NCBI GenBank assembly: GCA_964199315.1
Contig: OZ116707.1
Location: 30,690,001-30,754,000 of the forward strand
DNA: 64,000 nt
Source of the DNA: Orbicella franksi
Lineage: Eukaryota
Direction: 5' to 3'
In this document: positions 25,601 through 38,100 of the stretch, piece after piece
How positions within the stretch are numbered: position 1 is the first letter of the stretch
How the letters are laid out: every line of letters starts with the position of its first letter
Translations under genes and position numbers: made by a program
Notes under the pieces: generated by a model
Database searches by the model: none
Seen by the model: only the letters and a program-made list of their open reading frames with translations
Told to the model about the DNA's origin: nothing

Positions 25601-28600
25601 ATTTAGAATCTAAATTAAGTGTCATTTTCACCATGAGGGAACACATTTTTTTTTTCAATTTATGCCATGTACACGTCCAGCATATAACTTGCTTCTCAAA
25701 TTTATATGGTTGTGGCTTTTTGGTTTCACGATTTTTACCTCCGTACATCTAGTTTCTAATATGAATATCAATAATGAAAAGTGCATTGTCTTCCTCTGTC
25801 AAAACTGAAAGGTTGCTCTATAGTTTATGATGAATGCGTTCGGTTATCTTACTGTCCTCCCCTCACTAACTGATTGCTGATCTGCATTTAACTCGTATTT
25901 GTTTTCGAAATAAAAATTTCAAACTTTTGGGCGACTTGTCGACATAAAATTTTGCATTCTACACTTCCATAATATAAATGTGTAATCGCGATATTTTGAA
26001 TATCTCCATACCTTTTTTTCTTCAATATAACTTGTCCGTGTGAACATTGTTTTACCCCAGAAAGGAAACTGAATTCGTTCAAACGACAATCTAATTGCGT
26101 TCTTGCCGGATAATGTAAAAAGTCTCAATGTGAATCGAAGGATACAACAAGGAACAATTTTATTGATCATTAGATGTTATATTTATGAGTGACTTATCTT
26201 TTACGTGTATGTTCCGAATATTCTTGCGAGCGTAAATCTCTTTTTGCGGATATATTAATCTGATTCTACATTTAAATAACTGAAACAAGATTAAACATTT
26301 CAGCGTTTTTGAAGAAACCTTTCTGAGGTAGCCGACGAATTTCCTGTTGCCGTGAATTATACAGACGCTCCGGAAAATACCAAACGTCGCCACTATTGGG
26401 AAACGTCCTGTTACTAAGCAACAACTCGACCGCAAAATTGTGGGCTCCGCTGAAATTCAAAACGAAATGAAAACGCTTATTTACTCAACTCATAAAATAA
26501 ATTGCAGGCAAAACTGGTTAGATAAATATCAGAACGTGCTTTCATAGAAAGGAAGTTTGAGGTATATATAGCATCAAGAGGAAAATACGCAAGTGACAAG
26601 ACGTTTTTGACCTACAAATGTAAGAAGGTATTGTTTTGCTGTTATTAAATTTAGTTGAACTCTGAGAAAACGTTTGATGCTTTGACAGTTTGTTTTAGGA
26701 TCACGTCTAAATTGCTCTTTTGCGTTTCCTCTTCCTTGAGTGATCATGCCGCAAGACATTTATAATCCATTTCTGTGACAGGCTGGCTTATCGACAAAGT
26801 GAATCAGTAATTAGTCAACTTTATAGGAGCGTTAAATAACCTTTTAGCTAAAAGGAATCAAGCTGTATCAGGAATTGTGTTCGTGTTATGTCTTGAGAAA
26901 GATGCAAGGGTGTCTTGTTTTTATGTTCAAATTTCTGGCCTTAACTTCTCGACATCATAACTAATGCCCATATTCAAGTTACTGTAGGTTAAAAATATAT
27001 CTAACGCCACATTTTCAGCCTACCTTTTTTCGAGTGAAGTGCATCTCAATATTTTTACTGTGTTTATGCATATATTCTTCGCCTTTTCACGGTTTATTGA
27101 TTATCATTTTTCTCCCTAAGGGAAAATTGGACTTCCCGAAAGATCACGACTTTATAGTCCTTATCAGAAACACATCATATTTGTCTTGTCTGGTGTTTTA
27201 ATTCTTAAATCTTTTGTTCGCTTGCCAGATACAAACTTAATTTCTTATCAATTTCTTCTTTTTCTTGACGTAATTCCACTCACGGAGTCCAAACTCGATT
27301 ATACAATGGGTGACGGATGACGTCAATGTCCGGACACTTAGTTCCTCTTTAATGATGCTGTCACTGGTAGTTTGAAATTGACCGTATTATGACTGATTTT
27401 CCGTTCATAATATCCCACCCCTGTCCAAATGTATTCATTACGAGCTGTTCAGTTCTGATGACTTGTTTATACGTTTCCCAGCTGTCTCTGACGGGTTAGC
27501 AATGCAAGCACTATTTTCCGAACTTAATTTTCTAATGATTAACAATACATAAATTAACGTGTAACAATTTTTGTTAATATATTGACTCTTCAAACCCACG
27601 TAATTTGCAGATTTACACGAGGCTAGTATTTTATTGCTAGCTAATTTCCATTTTTAGGCTGAGGCTATATTAGTGCTAAAGACTGTTTTGATTGACAAGG
27701 TCACATGACCGGCAGCTGGAAAGGCTTGTGGCGCATTTGTTGCTTGCTCGTCTTTATCTATTTATTGTTTTCAACCATGTTAAACTTTAGAATGATTTGA
27801 ATGACAGCACATTCAAAAAATCACTTTCTAGATCGAGAACTTTCACAAGCAAAGTAAAAACTGCATTATATCCTTGCACACGACGGGTGCGCCCGCAGTA
27901 CGAGCGGCTGTCAAAACCGAGCTGACCCATCGAAACGACACGATAATAGCCTTTTTCTTCGCAGCTAACATTAAATATTGGCATTGCTAAGTTGCTCTGG
28001 CCACTTCTAATGCTTAAGTTGAGAATTCTTGGTTTAGAAGGACGATAAACAGCATAATTGGTTCAAAATGACACAACTATTTGGCGACAGCCATCGAAGA
28101 GCCAAACGCGGGTGACTTATTTTTTGGCGCCAAATCAAAAGCTTAGAGACACTGAAATGTTTGATCTTTTTTTTTTTTTTTTTACTTTTTATAATCTGAT
28201 ATGGTTTTATGATAATTCCCTTTTCGTGAATATTCGATGCCATCACCAGTGAGAAACGATGCCCGACTTCAATGCCTTTCTTGTTAACATGTATTTGACA
28301 TTAGGACAGTACAGTTTTTCCAACTTGCTGAATCCTGATTGGTCGATTCAAATTTCAGGCGATTAGCCGTGTGCAAGGATGTCATGGGTCGAGTCTTATT
28401 ACTATGTGGGCTGATATGTTATTTAACAGGTTGGTTGGTATGATATCTGACCTGGAGATTTCAGGAGATGGTGATAGCAACAGCATCAAAGAATCTGAGT
28501 CGCTGAAGGTCCTCCGGGCAGTGCGAGTGCTCCGTCCCCTTAAAATAGTTTCTGGAATACCAAGTGAGTGAAACTTGTGCAGCTGCTCTGTTGTCACTAG

Positions 28601-31600
28601 TCTGCCTGTTCTAACTAATTAACGCAATCATCATTTTTCTAACCGCAATAATAATCATAATCAAATTTGGACTCAATCTAAAGAGCGACACGAAAAAGAA
28701 AACATTTAACCATGCAAACAAACAATTCGGCCAACGTATTAACACCCTGGTGCCTACGTGATTTATCATTTGGGAGGTCACAACTGCGCAATTTGCCACA
28801 CGTGAACTGATCGCAGGAGAGTATGTGCAAACAGAACAATTGTAATCTCCCAAATGAATCGTCACATGATTTAATTGGGTAGTCCTTAAGCACATTGGTG
28901 TTCAGGCAGTTGTACATTATACGTTTTTGTCACTGAAGTGTTCGTTCTCCCAAAAAGTTGCTAAAATACTTGGATAAAAAATCGTTATTTTGGTTCTAAA
29001 GTTTTCACCCTAACAATGGCTGGCAACGAAGTATAACTGTTTATCAACTACGTTACTTCTCAGGTCAAACCGCTGACATGAGCTCAGTTTCCACTCAATT
29101 TACTTATTCCGAATTTGTTTGTACAAAAAACGTCACTTAAGGTTATTCTATAATAATAATAATAATAATAATAATATTTAGTGAGGGAATCCAACTCGCC
29201 AAAGGCGGTTTTCAGTGGAGCCCTCCTAAATAAAAATCACCTAAAAATGACATGGGGAGTGCGGCAAGCAACATGGCGTCAAGTATCACGGGTTTACGGT
29301 GCTCCCGCTATTTTTGCTTTTTACTCCTTATATATGTTGTCCTCTTCACTTTTTCGCCTCAAATACCGCTACTTCCAACTCATCGCACCGATAGCAGCAT
29401 TTTACGCGTTGCCAGAGATGTTAGCCAGCCAAAAGTGTACGATTTACAACTTTCAAGGAGGTCGATTAACTCTTGCAAGACGTCGCCATCGCTAACAAAC
29501 AGGGAACTCGCTGTTGCTAGCTGCCGCTTAGCACGTTCAGCGTCGTTCGCACTTCTACTTATTTGTCTTGCCCGCGACGTCTCACTAAATCCTGGCACTG
29601 TTACACCACCAAGTCTTTCTGTGAGAGATTTTACGCAGTGTCGAGGACTAAAGATCGCACGATCTCAAGCATTGCATTGCGCATCCCTACTACGCATAAT
29701 TTCACGCGTGATTAGCGCAAGCGCATTAAAAAATGGCGGCTTTTTCTTTACAGCTGGACCTCGCCATAGAGGTAAATCGTCATTTTCTCGCAAACGAGTA
29801 TGGTGACCTATCATTTTTTTCTGTTGTTTTGAATTGAGTAATAAATTTTTTGTAAAATAATTATGGACCAATTCTCAGTGTAGAACAAAAAGCAATCGTC
29901 GGAAACGTGAATTTAGCAAGCAATCGTGACTACAATCATGGTGCTATTATAAAGATTTATATAGGTATAAACAAGGTGCTGTTGCTCCTAAACGAACACG
30001 TGGACCCCTCATTTTTATTTCAAAATTTAAGTTCCTATAATATAAAAAAATCAATAGGCAAAGTTTCACAAAAATCTCAGTGCAGGTTCTATTTCAGTGG
30101 AATGACCTTAAATATGACCGTAATATGTGGGGACATCCCTAGTATGGTGCCATTGCGCTTTTGGTTGTCTCCTTCTCCAATGCTTTTTGTTTGTTTGTTT
30201 TTGTTTTTAGTTAGTTATCTTAATTATTCATAATGTATTCGTATTGTATGGATTAAATCGTAATAAATAAATAAATAAATAAAAATGCTCAAATAATGCC
30301 GAATGCTCTTGCTAAAAACCTATCGGTTTAATTTTGCGTAGTATCCCCCTTGCATCTTGCAACTTTAACAGATATCGTCAATTTAACATTATGTTATCTT
30401 TTCTATGTTACAGGCCTTCAAGTTGTAATGAAGTCAATAGCAAGAGCCATGATTCCTCTGCTTCAGATCTTATTCTTAATTTTATTTGTTATCGTAATCT
30501 ATGCTATAGTAGGGTTAGAGCTTCTTCACGGCAAGTTTCACCTTACATGTTATGACGCCATAACAGGTAAGGAATAACAAACATTGCTCACTCATTACTA
30601 CTAATTCATTCTACTTTTATGAGATTTGGTTGTAAGTTAATACATTGCCTTTTACTGCGATTTTTTTTTTTTTATTCCGACACCTTTATTCGCCTTAGTT
30701 CTGTCTTGGACCAAAGACACTTTATCATTGCAGCTCATGAATTCAGCTAAACCCCTGCATTTATTTCATATCTGGTCATACCGCCAGAAAAAAGGCAACT
30801 TTTAACTTTTAACCACTCCATTGTGACACCGCCACTCTGTACTGCTCCATGTTAACTACATCGTGAATAGCTTTGCTAGGTTTTTTTCTCTTATATATCT
30901 ATTTTCAGAATGTTAACTTTTGATATTGATGTTAAAAAGCCCTCTGTCTTCAATAATAAAGCGTCTGTATGAATTGAATTTTTCAGGTGAACTCGATACA
31001 AAGTTTACTAGTCCACGTGTTTGCAGCCCACCGGGAAAGGGAGGCCGACCCTGTGAACCAGGCCTTAACTGTACAAGCAAGGAATCGGTTTGGAGTGGAC
31101 CAAATAAGGGCATAAGCACGTTTGATAATATTTTTCTGTCAATGTTAACAGTATTTCAATGTATCACAATGGAGGGATGGACAGATATCATGTATCACGT
31201 GAGTTGAGAGTGAAAAACGTTTTTTCACACCACATGTGTTATATTACGGCACTATTCTGTTTTTCTGATTTCACATGTCTTACACTCTCTATCTCTTTCC
31301 CTCCTATGCGCTTCGTGGTTTTTTGTAGACACGAGCGAATATTTCAAAAGGAAATTTTACCTAACAGATCGGTTACTAGTATCTCCGGTGCTCTTGCCCC
31401 TCAACTTAGATACAGCAGCACAGCCGGTTTCTTTATGAACTTCATGATTTTCTTTACTATTAGGTCTTGATAACTACTGTTGAAAGTTAAAAGAGTTCAT
31501 TTTAACTTGTTCAGGTCCATTGACAAGTAAAGATCTAACAACTTTTCTTTCGCGTGATTGTAGAGTTACGATGCCAGAGACTATAACGCCCGCGTGGTGA

Positions 31601-32161
31601 CTTCAATCATCTACATATCGTTAATCATCATTGGTTCATTCTTTATGCTTAATCTAGTTCTTGGTGTTTTAAGCGGGTAAGTATCAACAAGTTACTTCTT
31701 TATTTAAACTGATTAAACGCTTAAAATTTAACTAAACATGATGGTTTCCAATTAAACTATCAATTCCAACTTGAGTCTATTGTAAGAACACGTAAAACAT
31801 ACACACAAGAAATACTATCATGTAACCTAGTTGCCTAACTTAAGTGTACGATAACGAAATGTCACATGGTTTCACATGGCTTCACATCACATGGTTTAAC
31901 TTCTGTGTTGATAACAGTTTAACTGTTTGTTCTGTTCCTATAATGAAACTGTTATGAGATCCCTCTGCAAATTGAATCTGTCTGTTTTCACTGCCTTGGA
32001 TACCGCCTGTGTGATATTTCGTGCATATTTTTTTTTCCTTTTCAGTGAGTTTGCGAAAGAAAGAGAAAGAGCTGAAAATCGACGGACATTTTTCAAGTAC
32101 CGCAGTCGAGAGAAAATAGAAAGACAAGTTAATGCTTACACTGACTGGATAGGGAGAGCGG
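22642..32161 (+). CDS. Cav2 N-terminus, repeat I and AID (exons 1-8)
   Basis: [36 protein letters not shown]; [11 protein letters not shown]; [20 protein letters not shown]; [19 protein letters not shown]. Confidence 0.95.
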
Positions 32162-35100
32162 GTAAGCAGAGCCCCCTTAACACGAAATGCCGGCCATACC
32201 ACCTTTTTTCATCAAAAAATTAAACATGTGATTAGTTAAACGAACCGAATTAGAACGATCTAAAACTCCCAGGCACTCTCGGTGACCCCCATTGAGGCTG
32301 CGCGATCGCGAGTGACCTCATCGAATTTGAACCACTTTTGAGAGTCTCTAGAGCTTAAAACACTAACAGTAAATAGTTAACAACGAATTGCTTTTGATCA
32401 TGCTCTTAAACTCTGGCAAAAGAAAAAGAAAAGCTCTAGCGAAGAACGGAAAGCTGCAAGAACGCTTAACACCATATGATTGTCATCCATTCGTTGACGC
32501 CCCAAAATCAATGAACCTCGTTCTTCACATCACATATATTTTTCGAAAACGGTCGTTCGACTTAATTCAGTATTCTAAAAAAACTCGGCATTAAAAAAAA
32601 AAATTAGAATATTAGTCTATACAGAATTACTGAAATAGTTTTGATAAAATAATCATTCAGTCTGTTAACTGGATTATAAACTGATAACTTGTTTGTGTTT
32701 TTAGAGGATATACTATTAAGGGAAGAAAGAGAAAAGCACGGAGTTGGTGAAGGTAACTTGAAGATTTTGACGACTTGTACTTAATGTTTACGTTAAGCGG
32801 CTGTTTTATAAAAAGAAAACAATCTATTTCAAACTAATGTCCTTCATGAGTCAACCATGATTGAAACCATTGTTTATTTTTGTATTTAGTTCTTTTGTGT
32901 CAAAAGCTGTCGATTTATTTTCATAATGATCCTTAAGACTACTGCACAAAATTTTATCTTATAAATTCACTCAAACTTTTATCCTGTCGAGTGTCTGGTT
33001 GGGTATCAAGATCTCCTTCTGAGATAAACGATTTTCTTTCTCTGTCGCCACCTATCAATTTTGTAACCATACAGGTGGTCCAAGAGACCCATTGAAGAAG
33101 CGCTACAGTCTGTCTGACTCAATCATGCATCTCATAGAGGATCATGGGGAAATGGTGAAGTATCTCAGAAACAAGTCTGAAAGGTACAAACCTGCTGTAT
33201 ACAAAATATATTACATGCCATATATTCATTAGGAAAGCTTTTCATGAGAGTAGTATTTTTTACGGTAACTGCAGAAATTCTCGCGCGCTCATTGGCTAAT
33301 TTTCATTGCCAATATGCGGACAGACACATATGCGTCAACGAGTGAGAGTGGACAATTTGACAATTTGTTATCGTAAAAAGCAAATTGATGTCAGTTTTTC
33401 AGGCGTCTGTCCTGTTATTGACAATGAATTTCTTCATAATGTTGTCAAAGTAGTCTGCGGATCCACTCGGCTATTGCCTCGTGGATCCACAGCTACTCTG
33501 ACAATGCTATGACGAAATTCATCATCAATAACATGACAGACGCAGGAAAAACTGAAGTCAATTTGTTAAATTGGACGCGGTGAAAGAAACCATTATTACA
33601 AGCTAACGAGCAGTTTAGTGCCTTAACGTTTTCACTGTTCCTTTTTAGTTCCAGTACGATGCGGAAAGTCAAGAAAAAAGAAAAGTTATTGCGAATCCAA
33701 GTTCGTCACATGGTTAAAAGTCAAGTTTTCTATTGGTCGGTTATAGTGTGTGTTTTCCTCAACACCGTGCTGATGTCTGTTGAGCATTATGGACAACCTG
33801 ATTGGCTGGAGAAGTTTCAAGGTGAGTACCAATTGTTGTAAAAGAAACAATTGAGTATTTAGACGCACCTATAAGTCTTTTTATTTCAGTATATATCAAA
33901 ATTACACTTCTAAACAACTATTATTTAACAAATATCCGGAATGCAGATATAAAGTTAAAAAAATTGAAACTTCAATCAGTTCATACAAAATTAACACTGG
34001 AAAGATGAACAAATCTGGTTTGAGTGGCAGGTTGGGATTTTAGAACGAGGTCGTTGGCGGTGTTAACGGGTGGCCGCATTAACGGGATTTTCTTATAAGA
34101 AATGGGCGTTTCACTGGGACACAAAACGTGGCCGTAATAACTAGGTGACAGTGTTAACGAGGTGACTCATTCAGGAGGATATAACAACCAGGCTTGTCTT
34201 TAAGTTTAGTAACCCTGCGCATGAGTTGTGTGTATTTACCAGTAAAATGTTTGCTTTAAAACGTTTTCTTATTATTATTGCTGCATTTTTTGTTAATTGT
34301 TTCTATTTACCTTCACAGAAATTTCAGAATATGTCTTTCTCAGCATATTTATAGCCGAGATGCTATTAAAAATGTATGGCCTGGGCCCGAGAGTGTACTT
34401 CAAGTCGGCGTTCAACAGATTTGACTGTGCGGTAAAATATACACATTTGTTCTTTTACTGGGAAAGTAATTTTTAATAATCAGGCAAATTTATTTTGTAT
34501 TGAGACATTATACTTTTGAAAGGTTGTTGTGAAACTGTCCTAGGTCCTTTGATTATAAGGAAAGAACACAATGAATGCTGATAAGATTGCGATAGAGGCT
34601 AGGATAGTAAAACGTTCTGCTCATCAAATTTTTCGTTAAGCCCAAGAAACATGCTGTCTCTTTTTTCGCTTCCCTACAATACACAAACACTTTATGCCTC
34701 TTATTTTTGCCTCTTTTTCTGCAGGTTGTTCTTGGAGGGATTATAGAGATAGTTGTACAGACATTTACTGATTATAGCTTTGGTATAAGTGTTCTTCGTA
34801 GTCTTCGTCTTCTAAGAATTTTTAAATTTACGAGGTGAGAAAGAATCACAAGTTTTTCACAAGGTGGAAATATTTCCTTCAACATAACTGTCTCAAATTT
34901 GTTTGTTGCAGCTTGAAGAGTAAATGCTTTGTTGCTTTTTGTATAAAATCAAGTTAAAATATTTTGTTTGCAGCAGTTTTTATGAAAATTTGTCACACAT
35001 TAATAATCTGCAACCTTACCCCTTACCCCTTATATTAGCTTATATCTTGTCGCAAACCTTAAATACTTTTGTACTAAAGAGTAACAACTGGACAATCCCT

Positions 35101-38100
35101 TGATCATTGTCATATTATTTTGCGGTTGTAGGTTTTGGGCTTCATTACGTAACTTTGTGACGTCATTGTTAAACAGCATGCGGTCCATCCTCAGCCTCAT
35201 TTTCCTTCTGTTTCTTTTCATCTTCATATTTGCTCTACTTGGTATGCAGCTCTTTGGTGGAAAGTGAGTAAAAAATGTTGGGTTAATGTGAGCCTCAAAA
35301 AATGTCGAAGGGTCTATATCCACCAATATCAGTGATGAAAGAGGTTAAAGCCGGGGTACGCTAATGTCCATAATGCCCTTAATAATTGTTGCAAGATTCA
35401 TTATTTACAAATTTCTTAGACACACTGCATACTTACTTCTTTTTTTTACAACCTAAGAGCAGGCAATGTAACGTGATTCAGTTCTCGGGTTTGGTTTTGC
35501 TCCTCCTCACTGTGTGTTTGTTCTTACTGGCAAGAGCTTTACTAATATGTTGAATGAGCTCAACATATCACAGGCATTACATTTAGTGTAACTAGGAAAA
35601 TTATATTTTGATCAACAGGTTTAGTGAACGTCACGATGCTCCACGAACCAACTTCGACAACTTCCTGAAGGCTATGCTGGCAGTTTTTCAGGTATGTGTG
35701 AAGACTTTGTATTTCACCTCTCGGTTGATTCGAGTCTCCACTTAATTTTGAATTTATTTTCATTATTTCAGATTATGACCGGAGAGGACTGGAATGCCGT
35801 GATGTATGATGGGATAGTTGCATCAAAAGGACCGCATACAATCACGGGAATGTTATCATCATTGTATTTTGTTTCGCTAGTGATTCTGGGAAATTGTATC
35901 CTGAAATTCAATTTACTTGACTAGAACCAATCTTTTACAGAGGGTGTAGGGAGGGTTTAACTTATAGCTGAGAATTGCTCAAAATTGTTGCTTTCAGCTG
36001 AGAAATTGCTAGTCTTGTCATCGATAGCTAAGGTCGCAGATCTACATAATCTACTGATAACTGAGAGATGGGCTAAAATGTGGACTGACAGCTGAGAAAT
36101 CGGCGAAAATTTCGCTAAAATCTGAGATTTCAGCACCCCTACGAAAGCCCTCTTTTTAGAGGCATGCCATGTCAACTCTGATAATTCACTGAAAGCTGCT
36201 TGGTATGTTCACAGACGATTGAGTGAACCATTATAAGTGGTTTCATGACGTCGTTGTAAGGAGACAGTTACGTCATTGTTTTTGCATATCAGCAATTTCC
36301 TAGACATAGTATATTTTTCTTTTACCCCACCGCGGCCATCTCCATAACGTGCTGTAAATGGGGAGTACTGCAATGTTACAAAATTTAAGCAAGTAACTAG
36401 CATCCCGTCCAGGACGCATTGAAAGCGAATAAAGGTTAAGTAAATGAGAAAATGAGTTCTCTACATTCTCTACATATAAACAGCTTAAATTAATTAGGTT
36501 TTCTTAACCAAACTACACCAGACACGTTACTAAATGTATTTTTAGCCATCGCAGTAGACAACTTGGCAAACGCACAGGCCGTGACGCAAGACGAAAAAGA
36601 GGAACAAAGACAGCTAGAAGCCATGAGAAAAAAGAGGCTTGAAAAAAAAAGGGACGGATGGGCTAAAGCTCGGCAGATTCCTGTTCTTATGGCCATAAAA
36701 AATATTAACCATAGCAAAAATGACAACGACAATCCATTTCACAACATGAAACCAGTGTATCCATCTTTGGATCATGTGTCTCCAAGGTAACTAGCAGTAC
36801 CAGTGTTTTCCGTGTGTTGAAAATGTATTCCAGGAAAACAGCTTACTTAAACAAAATTTTTCGTAATTCAGGTGTACAAATAAGAGCGAGTAATTGTTGG
36901 ATAAAAACTATAGACTAGAGTATCCCAGGAAAGTAGTTTATTCGTTCGATGCTGGAGTTTAGAACAGCCACTCGTAAACTGTCAGGCACCTCTCATCCCT
37001 AGCTTTGAAACAGATCAACGTTACTTAAGCTGATGACAACGCAATCGGCTCACAACAAATATGCTTTGCCCAAACAAATATCCATTATTTCAAATGTGTG
37101 TTTACCCGTATCCAAACTATCATTCATATTATGGTTTGAATCCAAGAGTATCAGTGGTTCATCTAGTGTGATTGTCTGAGGTTGTCGAAACGTTTGTCAC
37201 TAACAACAATTCATTTAGAAACTATCCTCAGCCAGAAGATCGCAGTAGGAGAACGATGATAATACAGTTCTCTTTATTTCCATTTTAGGGGAGCGAGATG
37301 GAACAAGAAGTCAGCTTTAAGGGTAAGACAGAGACTCCTAACATGAATTATTAATCAGCTTTATTCCTTGTTTTTCCCTCCTTTTCGTACAATATTATCA
37401 TAACATTTTTGTTCATTTTTTGTTTGCTCGTTCAATAACAGGTGAAGATTTCCCAAGATGGTAAATTTCCTCAGGCTACGAATGGACAAATGTCGAACGG
37501 CAATTCCAAAGAAAACCCTGACAAAGAAGAAGAAGGAGAAGATACAGGTGAGATCCAGGGTGGGGACGGTAAGGAATCCCGTCAGGGAGGTCAGTGAAAC
37601 AGTTTCAAGGATGAGTGATTGAGAATACTGAGTCTTATGCATTGTGTAAAATAACACAGCAGCGTGTCGAGAGGTTTATCATCCACATCTAATATGGCCT
37701 TACGATATCACCACACTTCAAAGCAGCCGGTTATGAGAAGAACAGAAAAATAACGCATGGGGAATACTGTCTCAATGTACTATGTTATTTTCAGAAGTTA
37801 AATGAAGACAAAAAATGCGTAACGAGAACTTATATTTCGAGCCTGGAACTGTTGGTCCACCCATCAGAACATGTCGGATACCGACACACCATCTCAGGAC
37901 AGTTATAGCTAGGAATTAAAAATTTACGCCGATATCACCTTGTTTTAATTAGTTGTTTATTTATTTATTTATTTATTTATTTTTCAGAGAACAGTGTACC
38001 TCGTAGAACGTTACTCAGCTTGCGTGATGCGGGGCGTATTATACGGAGACGTAACATTCACAGAAACGTACCAATCATACGAAAGAGTTCCATGTTTATT

